From the human T2T-CHM13v2.0 reference genome, Homo sapiens: a stretch of DNA of 64,000 nt. The stretch is from NCBI RefSeq assembly GCF_009914755.1, contig NC_060937.1. One strand, written 5' to 3'. Positions within the stretch are counted from its first letter, which is position 1; every line of letters begins with the position of its first letter. Below the pieces are notes generated by a model that saw only the letters and a list, made by a program, of their open reading frames with translations, made no database searches and had not been told where the DNA came from. A program made the position numbers and the translations under genes. This document shows positions 48,274 to 62,298 of the stretch, piece by piece.

Positions 48274-49217
48274 TGACCACCTCTTTTTATATTGTTTATT
48301 AAATAATCCATTCTTTTCTCCTTCTGGAAGCCAAGTAAAAAAATATATAAGGAAAAAGCAAAGACTAGCTGAACCTAAAGCTGATAGAGTAAGAAAGTAG
48401 GAATTGATAATTAATAACTGGGCTTAGTAATTTATTATATATATGGGCTGCATATATGCACTTGACTCTATTTCTGAACTTTTTATATTGTTTCTTCATC
48501 CTATACAGTTTATTTCTATCCCAGAAGCTTGAGTGATACTCTATGACATCATGTCATTCCTTTGCTCAAACCGTTGCTCTTATATTTTACTCCCAATAAA
48601 AGCCATATATCTATCTGCCTACTCTTTTGTGAATATCTTATCTCTAAAATATTTAATTTTATAATAAATGTTTAAATTTATAGATCCCTTCTCCTTTATG
48701 TCTTATTGCTTTTGTATCTATTTTCAAGGATTATTTTCTCAACCTACTTTTAAATTTTAATTAGATCTTCATCAAATAGATCAATTAAACTTACATGGGG
48801 ACTTAGAGAAACCTCAAAGAATGAGCTGGCTCCAAAAATGTAGGTTGACAACCCAGGAGGTGAGGCTGGATGATGGCTCCCTGACTCCATCACTTTTCAG
48901 AGCAGTGGCTATGACCTGAGTCACATCCACCACACAGCACACGAAAAGTCCACTCATCTGAAAAGGACAAAAAAGAGAAGGGAAGCCTGAACTAATACGG
49001 TCATATGACTAACAAAAGAAGCCGGATCTTTTGTGCTTAATTATTCCACATTCCTTCTTTTTACAGGGAGCAAGCACTACCCACCTACTCCCACCTTTCT
49101 TCATCATGCCTAACTTGGCTTAGTTCTACAGGCACAGGTCAAGGAATAACCTGCTGATCCATAAATCCTCTTAAGCCAGCTTTCCTGACATCACAATGAC
49201 ACTGACTGCTCTCCTGC

Positions 49218-49478
49218 AGCAGTGGTCTGCAAACTTTTTTATAAAGGATCAGATAATAAATATAGACTTTACAGACAATATACAGTCTCGGTTGATTCTC
49301 CTTCCCCTCCTCCCTCCTCCTTCTCCTCTTCCTCCTCTTTGCTCTCCTCTTCCTTCTTCTTCTCTTCTTCATGTTTACTCTTTAAACATGTAAAAACCAC
49401 TCTTAGCCCACAAGCCATACAAAAACAGGCAAGAGGCTGGATTTGTTCCACAGGTCATACTTTTCCAATCCCTGATCT
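49218..49478. mobile_element. MER58-like hAT MITE with internal CT-rich low-complexity tract
   Basis: cagtggtctgcaaacttttttt...aaatgtaaaaacca-like...ccaatccctg termini. Confidence 0.75.
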
Positions 49479-49614
49479 AAAGGCAGATATCTTTCTTTAC
49501 ATTTTTATTAATCAAAATTTTCTTCTGTTGTCACCATAAAATACCGGATGGTACCTTAAACAGATAACATATTTCATCCAACTCTCAAGAAATAGATTAT
49601 TTCCCCTCCTAAGG

Positions 49615-50032
49615 CATCTTTAGACTCCCAGGTATGGCAGCCATGGAAATGCACAGGTCAAATCTCACGCTTTGGAGAGGAGAGTTCAGACCCCAGTTGC
49701 CACCCCTCTATATTTGTGCCGAGGCCACGCTTCCCTCAAGCTGCTCTCAGCCAGTGGAGGAACATGGCAGGGATATTCTACGAACTCATTACTACAGCAG
49801 ACAGGACTCCTCTGGAGTTGAGGATTCCCCATATACCTGGCGAATGTTCATAGTCCTGTGCTGCAGTTTGAAACTCTTGCTACTCAGTCCTTCTTTCTTG
49901 CCCTTCTATTTCACAGATGTCAGACTTGCACTGTAGTCTAGAGACTCTCCCTGTTCCCTCCTTTTATCCTTCACAGGGATTTCCTCCACATCTAATCCCA
50001 CCCAGTGTCTATTTCTCAGAGAACCCAAATTA
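49615..50032 (+). mobile_element. LTR16A/B-like LTR
   Basis: gccgaggccacgcttccc...gctgctctcagccagtg and cacatctaatccca...tttctcagagaaccc. Confidence 0.7.
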
Positions 50033-50118
50033 ACTCATCAGTTAACCCAAATTAACTCATTCTGCCTCTAAGAAACAGATTTTCTTCATGCTGATTTTCT
50101 TCTTCACCAGGTTCAAAT

Positions 50119-50533
50119 CTATTAGTCTGCTATGGCTGCTGTAACAAAGTACCACAAACTGGGTGGCTTCAACCACAGAAACTTTTTGTATCACAGTTCT
50201 GGAGGGTGAAAGCCCAAGAGTGAGCTGTCTGTAGGATTGGTGCCTTCAGAGGGATATGGGGGAAAACCTGCTCAGCTCCAGTGATTTGCTCTTGCAGATG
50301 GTGTTCTAGCTGTCTTCCCATCATCTTCCCTCTGTACATGACACTCTCTTCAGGTGGTGTTCTTTTTCTAAGAACATCAGTCACATTGGATTAGAAGCCC
50401 ACCTTACTCTACTGTGACCTCAACTGCAATAATCCTATTTCCAAATGAGTACATTCTGAGGTACTGGCGGTTAGGATTTCAACAAATGAATTTGGCAGCG
50501 GCGGTGGGGTGGGGGTAGAATTCAACCCAAACA
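50119..50533 (-). mobile_element. MLT1B/C LTR
   Basis: ggctgctgtaacaaagtaccacaaactgggtggctt...cattctgaggtactggcggttaggatttcaaca. Confidence 0.85.
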
Positions 50534-51392
50534 CCAGACTTGACATCTAACCTCTTCCTCAGGGACTACATGCACAAAAATAATCCCCATAAAGCAATAG
50601 TGAGGATGTGAGGGTGACATGGCTAGAATCATAACATTTATGACAGAGTTAACATTTGACATTGCTTACTTGAACTTCTAATTCTTAAAAGGTATTTCAG
50701 CCAATCGCTACCGATCACTACTCACTAGATGATCACCCACTTAGTACTCATCTGCCAGGATGTCAATCGTGTATCTTCCCCTCCCTTTTTCCTCTCCTCT
50801 CCTATCTTTCCTCTCCCCTTTTCCCTGGGGAAGAGAAACAAATCCCTTCTAATTTTCTGTTTCATATCAGATAACCATTGCCCTAGAGTAAGAAATGGGA
50901 CTATTGCAATAAACAAGTCTAGTCTCCTCGGATGCAAAATGCACATTGAAATAGTATTTTGCCCTCCTCCTTCAGGCAGCAGACAAGCAATATAAAATGT
51001 TATCACAGGAGCTTATGGAGTATACAACATAAATGTATTGCTTCATAAGACTGATAGCTTGAGAATACAGTGAACCACAAATTGGATATGGCACATTTTG
51101 TAGTAAGGCAATTTTTCTTAAAAACATTTTTATCATAAAGTTTTCTCCCCTTTAGAAAAATATTAGTATTGCTAGTTGATAATAAATTTCAATGTCAGGT
51201 AAAATAAAAATAAATTATTATAATCATTCTCCCACAATTTCTTACATTTTCCTAACTATATTACCCTCCCTTTGAGTGACGGTACCTCTAGTTTTGTACA
51301 TAGAAGACTATCCAGAACAGCAGAGAATAATCAGTCAGCTGACAAACCACATCTTCAGCAGAGCTGTAGTGCTCTTAGAAGTCAAACTACGT

Positions 51393-51702
<310 letters not shown>

Positions 51703-51989
51703 TCAAACTACGAAACTTTCTTACCTCTTTAAAAATTGTTTCCCATCTTGATTTTTTGTGTATTTTTTGTTGTTGTTGCTTTTGCCTTCAAAGACTTCTC
51801 TTATTCTCTTTCATACTTAGTTCAATTATATTTAAGAAGTTTTAAAACATTTACATGTTAAGTTTAAGTAAATGTTTTGCTAAATATTTTGGATCTTTGG
51901 TAGGAAAAGTTTTTAGTGTACTGGGAACTTTTCATGAGAAAGATTTTTAGCTTTCCACATTTTTATGTAAAAAGCCACCTTCAACTCAA

Positions 51990-53385
51990 ACTGTCCTGTT
52001 AGTTTTCACTAGTAATTCTATGTTGCTGAATCTAATGATAAATTCTGACTGACTCTTCACCTCATTTGCATAATCATAGCACAGGATATACCCAAGCACT
52101 TTTTCCTTCTTGAAGCACTTTCTCTATTTTTTCTTCCGGAATACCCTCTCTTGATTTTCTTTTCTTCATCACTAGACATTCCTCCTTAGGTGCTAACTGT
52201 ACCCTCCTCATTTTCTTCACACTAAAGCGTGAGAAACCTGCAAGTCTCTGTACTCAGTCAGTCCTAGATCTCTACATTATTTCTCTGGGTGATCCCATAC
52301 AGTCTTGTGTTCCAAATACTCTCTATGCACTGATGGTCCCTAACTGTGTATTTGTAGACTCAGACTCAACTTTCCCTTGAACTAAAGACTTGTATAACAA
52401 TTGGCTATTCAAAATTTCTGCTTGCACATCTAAAGAGTAGCTCAAACAAAAGTCTAAATTCTTTCCCTTACCTGTTTCTCCTGCTACATTCCCCTCTTAG
52501 AAAAGAGCACCTCCATTTTTTAGATGCTCAGACAAAAATCATAACAATAATAAAAATAATAATAAAAAATTTTAAAAAGATTACTCATCCCTGGCTACTC
52601 TCTTCTTCACATATCTCCCTTTAATTTAGATGAAAATAATTGTCACCTGTACCTTCCAAATATATGGAATCCAAGCACTTTACCACTGTGATTCTACCAC
52701 CTTAGTTCTGGCCATGCATGCCATCCTTCTCATAAATTGTCCCAATCGCATCCTTATGCTCACTTTCACTTATATAATGCTCATTCATTCTCCATAAAAC
52801 AGCCAGAGTAATCCTATTAACATGGACATAAGAGTATATCACATGTATATCCAGAACCCCTAATGTGTTGTTTTATTACCCACAATAAAATTCAAGTTCT
52901 TTCCACCGTCTGCAGGGCTCAATGGCATCTCGCCTCTGACCACTCCCACTCCTGCTTTTCCTCTTTCTGTTCCGGCTACATTGCACTCTTGGCTATTCTA
53001 TGAACATGCCTAGCACACTCCCAGCTCAGGTAGTTTGTGCCTGCTGTCCTCCCTGCCTACACATTTACCACTGCAAAGTCATGTGGGAACCTGACCAACA
53101 GTTTTCTCCTCAATGAAGCCTGCACTAAATGCTTTATTGAAAATAGATGCCGCCATCACTTTCTATCCCCTAACTGTGCTTTAGTTCCATTAATCAAATT
53201 TATCTCCACCTCATATACTATAGATGCATGTCTTTATTTTTTCATTGCTTTTCCTCCTCAAGATTTTAATCTTGATTTAGACATAAAATACTTCTCTTTT
53301 CTTCACTGCTATATCACCAGCTCCGGAACAGAGCCTAGCACAGAGTAAATGTTCAAAAACCAAAAGGTAATTGAATAGGTATGAT
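51990..53385 (+). mobile_element. L2 fragments
   Basis: ttgctgaatctaatg, cacagcagccagagtaatcct-like motif, ttcactgctatatcaccagctccggaacagagcctagcacagagta. Confidence 0.75.
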
Positions 53386-54164
53386 CTCCTTATACAGATT
53401 AGGAGATGAAAGTAAGATAGTTTTATGTGTTTCCCCATGTAACTGAGATAGTAAGTAGAATATCTACAAATTAAATCCTGGCCAGTTTAAAAATAATAAC
53501 AAAATGTAACAAAACAAAACAAAAAAAGTGATATTTTTCATTGCCCTCTGCCACATTCATAAAATCACAGTTTCTTTGCATGATATTCATGGGTTCACCA
53601 TCTGACCCCAATCTGCCTTTTGAGCCTTATCTCACAAATGAATCAGCCTTCTTACAGAAGCCCTATCTAAACCCACTCCTGTTTTTCTAGCTGTCTCCCT
53701 TCAAAGTCTTGCCCTTGTTCACCTCTGTGCTTTGCCTCAACCTTCTCCCTTAGCCTGGAGTGACCTCTTTCCCTATCTCTGGCTAATGAAATCTTCCTCT
53801 TGCTTTACTTAGGTCAAATGTCACTTACACCATTAAGTCAGCTCCAGTCATCTCAGTAAAAATTAATCTCTTTTCCTCCAGGCACTGCCAAAGCATTTCC
53901 TTTTCATTTAACTTTTGGTGGTTTATGCAATGTGCCCTGTATTAACTGTAATAACGTTCCTGCTCATGTCCCTCAAGAGAAACTAAGCTTCTTGAGGACA
54001 GTGGTTTCTTTCTAATCACTTTTGCATTTTTTTCTTTGATCATTACAGTGTTTCATATACAGTCAGTAAGTAAATAGACAAAGAATTCTTTTAACTCTAC
54101 AGGCATATCCAATTGTCCTAATAAGAAAAATATCCAATTATTTTTCATTTTTAAAGTTATTGGG

Positions 54165-54463
<299 letters not shown>

Positions 54464-57378
54464 GTTAATGTTATTGTTTTGATGCATAAAGTTATAAACT
54501 CAGATTTCTCTTTTGACTGGCTGAAGTTTTACTATAAAGATCAGCAATATAATTCATAACACTTATTTACAACATATTTTCAAATAAATCCACATTACTT
54601 AAAATGCAAATAGAGAATGATTATTAAGAGGAATAAAAAATAATACATAAAGAGGAAGACAGAGAAGTAAAATATGTGTGGTAGGGAGGGTAGTTCACAT
54701 TGTGACATGAAGGGAAACTATGTCCCCTCAGTCCCTTTAATTCTTTGATTCCATCCCACGCTAAGTCCAGTAGGTTTTCAGTTTCAATTGTGCATATTTA
54801 TTTAATTTTCAATCCTTAGGAAGTTGCAGTATATGTTGATGAATAGCAGATATTTTGACATAGTTGTCACTGAAGATACATTGTGCAGATGCTGTAAGTA
54901 GGGTAAATATGACAAGGACAGAGTTCACACTAAAGAATACTTGCAATTTCATGCTTAGATATTGGTGTGTTTTCCTTATGCACATGAAGAATATTTTGAG
55001 CAGAAAACTAACTAACCCTTATTTGAGGTTTGGGCATATATTCCTATATTCAGCCAGAAATAGAAACTGCCTAGGGAGGAAATTTGAGTCAAGAAGTTTA
55101 TTAGCAAAATAGGGAACAAAAGCCTCATTTTTGGCAGCAGAGCAGTAATGGTGGAGGAAAAAAGAAAACACAATAATATTAAAGATTTCAAACTTAGACC
55201 ACAGATTCCACAAAAATAAGTTAGTATTTATTAATTGTGGATTTATTCACATGTATTGAGTGTTTGTTAAGTCTTTCACATAAGAATGAAATGCTATTAA
55301 CATATACAATAGAGGGTTTTATTAACCTAGTTAAGAAGAAGCAACTATAGTTAAGAAGGAAGAACAGTGGTTAACTACTAAGTGAAGAAGAAAGGGAAGC
55401 ATATTTCAAGGTAGAGTGCATACAATTTCAGTGGCAGAACAGCGCATAGAAAGTTTAAGAAATGCTTGGGTAAGTTCAGTGGTGACTTCAGAAGATAATA
55501 AGAAGGAGGGCAGGACGAGGAATGATATTGTACACTATGTTAAGAATTACTCTCTCTCTTAATATAGTAGAATTTGGACATGCAACCACACTTGCAATAT
55601 TTTTGTTTTCCTTTCATGAATGCATCAGAAAGTTATAGGGCAAATATTTTTTCTCACATTCTGGGAATATTTAAAGTTAAAGCTCTTTCTGTCATTTAGT
55701 GAAAAAGAACAAATTCATACTCTGGTATTAATGAAATGACAAAAAAATGACAAGGTTTTTTATTTGTTTGTCCCTGGCTCCACGTCACCGCATCACCACT
55801 AACAACAACAACCAATTGGAAAGATAAAGAAGATGAGGACCTGGGAACCCTAAATTGCCTGAAGGAGAGGATGTTACATTATGGGAACTGGGGAAACTTG
55901 AAAACATAATAGGAAAATAATAAAAAAAAAACAAAAAAAAACAAAACAAAACAGAAAGAGAGAGGGAATCTAGAAGGAAATAATTGAGTTGAACTCATCA
56001 AATATATTTGAGTGCAGTCCTCTTCAAACACCTAGGATCTCCTATCAGGACAAAATGTGGGGCCACCTGACCTTCCTCCAGGCCATGGGATTTGCATGAG
56101 CATCATCACTACCCTTGATGGCCATCCTAGAGCACTTGTACCCAGTATCTCCAGCATGATTCAGAGAGAAAAGTTCCCTATACAGTATAAGATTGGGACT
56201 ACACTAAACAAGCTTAAAACTCCTCAACTAGAAAAGTGATCATTGACATGACATTCCACTTTTGCTATGAGAAATGAGAAGGAAACAAATAATCATAATA
56301 TCATATTTGTATTTCAAAAGAAGCTCTCTGGCTGAAAATCCTGAAGTATCTCTTAAGGAAGGAGAGGTCACATGCAGCATTTTCAGCCTATTGTAATAGG
56401 CACATCTAAATATTTTTACTAGTGAGGTAGCAGTGGAAATGGAAAACTATTTTGGGTGTAAAAAAGATAATGAGCAGCTAATTTAAAATGAAGTACTAAT
56501 GGATTATTGATCAGACATTAAAGATGGGAAAATAACATTGAGTCAAAGATGCTAAGTAATCTGCCTTGGGGAGTTAGGAGAAAAACTGATGAGCTTGATG
56601 TCAGACGAGTTAAGCAGAAAGTTTTCAAGTAATATCTCTGAGTTGATGTCAAATTGGAAATGGCAAATGTAGATCTGAAATGCAGTTAAAAGTTGGAGGC
56701 TCCATCGTTCTTCAGGGAACTAGAAAAAACAATCCTAAAATTCATGTGGAACCAAAAAATAGCCTTAATAGCCAAAGCAAGAGTAAGCAAAAAGAACAAA
56801 TCTGGAGGCATCACATTACTTGATTTCAAACTGTACTATAAGGCCATAGTCACCAAAACAGAATGGTGCTGGTATAAAAATGGGCACATAAACCAATGGA
56901 ACAGAACAGAGAACCCATAAATAAACCCAAATATTTAAAGCCAACTGATCTTTGATAAAGCAAACAAAAACATAAAGTGGGGAAAGAACAGCCTATTCAA
57001 CAAATGGTGCTGGGATAATTGGCCAGCCACATGTAGGAGAATGAAATTGGATCTTCATCTCTCACCTTATACAAAAATCAAATCAAGATGGATCAAGGAC
57101 TTAAATCTAAGACCTGAAACTATAAAAATTCTAGAACATTGGAAAAACCCTTCTAGACATTGGCTTAGGCAAAGATTTCATGACCAAGAACCCAAAAGCA
57201 AATGCAATGAAAACAAAGATAAATAGGTGGGACTTAATTAAACAAAAGAACTTTTGCACCGCAAAAGGAACAGTCAGCCGAGTAAATAGATAACATGCAG
57301 AGTGGGAGAAAATCTTCACAATCTATACATCTGACAAAGGGCTAATATCCAGAATCTACGAGGTTCTCAAATAAGTAG

Positions 57379-57816
57379 TGTGTTAGTTAGGGTTCTTTAG
57401 AAGGACAGAACTAATGAAATATATATAAAGGGGAGTTTGTTAAGTATTAACTAACATGATCACAAGGTCACACAATAGGCCATCTTCAGGCTGAGGATCA
57501 AGGAGAGTCAGTCTGAGTTCCAAAACTGAAGAACTTGGAGTCCAATGTTTGAAGGCAGGAAGCATCCAGCATGGGAGAAAGATGTAGGCTAGGGGGCTAA
57601 GCCAGTCTCTCTTTTCACATTTTTCTGCCTGTTTTATATTTTAACCACGCTGGAGCTGATTAGATTGTGCCCACCCGGATTAGAGGTGGGTCTGCCTTTC
57701 CCAGCCCACTGACTCAAATGTTAATCTCCTTTGACAACAACCTCACAGACACACCCAGGATCAATACTTTGTTTCCTTCAATCCAATCAAGTTGACACTC
57801 AGTATTAACCATCACA
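57379..57816 (-). mobile_element. MLT2A-type solo LTR
   Basis: ttgacactcagtattaaccatcaca terminus; perfect TSD agtag (57374-57378 / 57817-57821). Confidence 0.93.
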
Positions 57817-58309
57817 AGTAGCAAGAAAAAAAACAAACAATATCATCAAAAAGTGGGCTATGGACATGAATAGAAAATTCTCAAAAGAATATATACAAGT
57901 GGCCAACAAACATGAAAACATGCTCAACATCACTAATGATCAGGGAAATGCAAATCAAAACCACAATACCATACCACCTTACTCCCGCAACCGTGGCCAT
58001 CATAAAACATTCAAAAAATAATAGACGTTGGGGTGGATGCAGTGAAAAGGGAACACTTGTACACTGCTGGTGGGAATGTAAACTACTAAAACCACTATGG
58101 AAAACAGCGTGAAGATTCCTTAAAGAACTAAAAGTAGAGCAACCATTTGATCCAGCAGCCCCACTACTGGGTATCTGCCCAGAGGAAAAGAAGTCCTTAT
58201 ACAAAAAAGATACTTGCACAAGCATGTTTATACCAGCACTACTCGCAATTGCAAAAATGTGGAACCAGCCCAAATGTCCATCAATCAACTAGTGGATAAA
58301 CAAACTGTG

Positions 58310-58312
<3 letters not shown>

Positions 58313-58349
<37 letters not shown>
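58313..58349. repeat. (TA)n microsatellite
   Basis: Direct reading. Confidence 0.96.
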
Positions 58350-58353
<4 letters not shown>

Positions 58354-58799
58354 AAATAGTACTCAGTCATAAAAAGGAACAAATTAATAGCATTGGTAGC
58401 AACCTGGATGGGATTCGAGACTCTTATTCTAAGTGAAGTATCTCAGGAATGGAAAAACAAACATCATATGTTCTCACTTATAAATGGCAGCTAAGCTATG
58501 AGGATACAAAGGCATAAGAATGATAAAATGGACTTCAGGGACTCAGGGGGCAAGGGTGGGAAGGGGTGAGGGATAAAAGTTTACAAATTGGCTTCAGTGT
58601 ATATTACTCAGGTGATGGGTGCACCAAAATCTTACAAATCACAACTAAAGAACTTATGCATGTAACCAAATACCACCTGTTTCCGAAAAACTATGGAAAT
58701 AAAAAGCTTAAATAAATAAACTAAAAAAAAATGTTGGAGGTTAGTGATTTCAATCATTTGTAGAGAAACATTAATAAAGAACAAAAAATGTAGTGAGAG

Positions 58800-58950
58800 C
58801 CAGGTGCCGTAATTTACAAATGTTATTCCATTTTGTTCTCAAAATAATACTGCAGGATGAACAATATAAAGATACCAATTTGCAGATGAGAAAAGTAAAG
58901 CTTATAAAAGTTAATTTGCCAGGGGTGAAATTTCAGGATTTGTCTTCCTA
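58800..58950 (-). mobile_element. MIR
   Basis: ccaatttgcagatgagaaaagtaaagcttataaaagttaatttgcc. Confidence 0.55.
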
Positions 58951-59637
58951 AATTGCTATCTTTTGCTGCCTCTCTATGATGTTAGGGTGCACTAAGAATG
59001 AAAGAGTTTACCCAGAAACAAATAGAAAAAGAATCTCCAGCACAAGGGAATGAAAAACAAGACAGAGAAGCATATGCAAAAAGCCAGGGACTGAAATACC
59101 TTCAAAATCAAATGTGGGGATTTGATAGTTTTGAATGTTAGTTTTATTGAAGTTTGTTAATCTTGCAAAATGCTTCAAAGGTGTTGAGTCAGAGGAGTAA
59201 GGAGAAAAAGTTATTTCATTAAGTCATTCAGAAAATGAATTTAGCAACAAATCTGCGCCAACTACTCTTCTATTTGCTGTAAATACAATAGTGAACAAGA
59301 CAGAAAAAATCACATTCCTAACGAGATAAAATTCTAATAGGAGACAGCTAGTAAACAAACTATCATGTAACTCAAGACCATAAATTGACACTTGCCAATG
59401 AAGAACTCCCTGGGGTTACCTAAGTGAAGCAAATTCTCTGGGTTAGAAGCCAGATGGCCCTCAATCGAAGAATAAAGAGGAGGCAATGCTGGAGTGAAGT
59501 AAAGTGAACATGCACAATTGCTGCACCTTGTGTATTTACAGAAAGGATATAATATACAGGTTGCTGGGGGATGCTGACAGCAGGTGCAAGAGCTATGCTA
59601 AGATAGGAGTAGATGCATTAAAGGGGTCCGTAGGTAC

Positions 59638-60091
59638 TGTGATGGTTAATTTTATGTGTTAACATGACTGAGCCATGGGGTGCCCAGACATGTGATTAAA
59701 CATTATTTCTGGATGTGTCTGTAAGGGTGTTTCTGGAAAGATTAACAGTTGAACTGATGGACTGAGTAAAGCACATGGCCCTACCCAATGTGGATAGGCA
59801 ACATCCTACCCCTTGAAAGCCTAAATAGAATACAAATGTGGAGAAAGTTTAAATCCACACTCCCTCTATCTGTTTGAGATGCAACATCCATCTTCTTCTT
59901 TCACTTTTGGTTCTCAGGGCTCAGACTACTCCACCTGCCTTCCTGGCTTCCCCCTCCAGCTTGCAGATTGTAGATCATGGGACTTCTCAACCTCCATAAT
60001 CACAAGAGCCAGTATTCTGTGCCAGGTACTCTTCTGAGTTCTGTGGATGTGTGTGTGTATTTTGTTTCTCCGGAGAACCGTGACTAATACA
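59638..60091 (+). mobile_element. MLT2B/C solo LTR
   Basis: tgtgatggttaattttatgtg...ggagaaccgtgactaataca; TSD ggtac/gatac. Confidence 0.88.
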
Positions 60092-60151
60092 GATACTTAT
60101 GGTCTCTTTTTGTGCAATTTCCAATTAACAGGGAAGTTAAAGTGAACAGTT

Positions 60152-60337
60152 GCATTTGTTGTCAAAACAGCATCCCTAGAGTCACCTGGAGGGCTTAGAA
60201 AACACAGAGTACTGAGTCCATTCCAAGAGTTTCTGATTTAGGAGGTCTGGGGTGAGACCCAAGAATTTTCATTTCTAATAAGTTCCCGGGTGATTCTGAA
60301 GCTGCTGGTTGGTAGACGGCGCCTTGAGAACAAATGC
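60152..60337. mobile_element. MER5A
   Basis: agagtttctgatttaggaggtctggggtgagacccaagaattttcatttctaataagttcccgggtgattctga. Confidence 0.85.
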
Positions 60338-61973
60338 CATAAAAGAGTAAATTTTGTAAATAATTGAATAGTCCAGACTTTAGTCACATTCTTGTTCTCT
60401 CTCCCAACCAGTTCTTAATCAGAGGAAACAACATCTTGAGCCAGCTTGAAAAATTCTGTTCTTATTTGTTTAGAAAATTGTACATAAATCTCCAATGGGC
60501 TATCTGTTCTATCTCTGACAAAGTCCTTGTGTCCCATTATAATAGAGGCTCTGCAAGCATAGCAAAATGTCAATTTTACTGCTAAAGAGCAAGTTCTTAA
60601 AAAGTGCATTTCACAAAGTATAGGAAAATAGCCAATTAAAAAAACTTTTCTCACAGCAGGACATTCCTTTAAGTAATCTAATCATAAAGAATATCTTGTA
60701 TTTCTGCAAAAAGTTGCATTATGACTAATATTAACTTAAGATGAGAGATTTTACCATTTGCTGCCTTGTAGAAGTTATTGACTTTGTATATTTTTAATAA
60801 ATGTCTCTATTGCACTCACAAACTATGCTCGCAAGAGAAGCTACCATCTAGCTGGTCTCTCAATGTCCTTGTCTATTTGTGAACACTTCCTTGACCTCTA
60901 TACCATTTTGTACACATTTCTATTTACCTATTGCGTGTAACTATGGCTAGATTCTTCTGTTTTTCAAAAGACCACTTAATAAATGCCATTTCACTGGGAA
61001 AGCTCTCTCTGACTCCCTTTGGGCTAGGTCCAGATTCTTTTGTTATAAAAGTGCACACTGGACACTGATTTTTTGTAAACATTGAAATAAGATATTTTTT
61101 GTATCTGTATTTATGGATGTCTGTTTATGTATGCATAGACAAACACATAAATTCAAGGTATGCAAATGAGTATATCTTCAGAAACTTACCATGCTTGTAT
61201 ACCAGCAAACATCCAGACCTAGAATCAGAAGATATCCTGATTCTATTTTGCCAGGCGTCATCTCTGTCAGCCATCTTGTGCCCCATTTAAGATTTGGACA
61301 AGAAGTCTTAGTGTCCAGTTCCATGTACCTGCAGACAAGCTCTGCTATGTACTTTAGAACCAGATTTCCTCTGCCTGCAATCTACCTTCTGCCCTTCACT
61401 AGAAGGCACATCTTGGCTTTTCCTAGTGAGCCCCTTTATTGAATTATGGTAGGCATCCGCAGAGATTCTAGAGCCCAGGCTGAGGCTGTGTGAACATGAG
61501 CTCTGAAGTTAACAAGACAATGACATTAAGCTCTTGTATTTGAGAGATCTGGGGATTAAAATATTCATGAGAGTTTTGTGAGAGTTGTATGTTACAGACT
61601 ATGTAAAGTGCCCAGCACAAAACTGGCACTATTTAAATATTAATCTTCTCCCTTTCTGCTACTTTATTTTCCTGTGTGAGGAGTGTTCTCTGTTCTTCCA
61701 CAATTCTCCCAAGTATTTCTGTTCTTTTTCTATAATTTTCCATTATTTTATAGAGGTGGAAAATATTTTCTTAAGAGGGTTGACACTCAAATGCCTCTTA
61801 TTCATTAACCATCCTATATCACCTGTCTCTAGCGCCATCCCACTCCTTGCCAAATCACACATAGAAGTTGATGACAAATTTATTTCTATATATTTTGAGT
61901 ATCACTGAAAAGCATAGTATGGTGTTGTTTTGTGAAAGAGTGAATGTATAGACACTGATCTCTTCTTCTTTGA

Positions 61974-62298
<325 letters not shown>

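Larger units (their letters stand above)
56700..58730 (+). mobile_element. 5'-truncated L1PB, interrupted by an MLT2A LTR
   Basis: ORF2 C-terminal peptides ([19 protein letters not shown]); L1PB 3' UTR; TSD a(a/t)gttggagg (~56690 / 58731). Confidence 0.93.

Noticed and set aside
49139-49451. Arg/Lys/Glu-rich protamine-like ORFs
   Set aside because: Produced by a CT-rich low-complexity tract within MER58.
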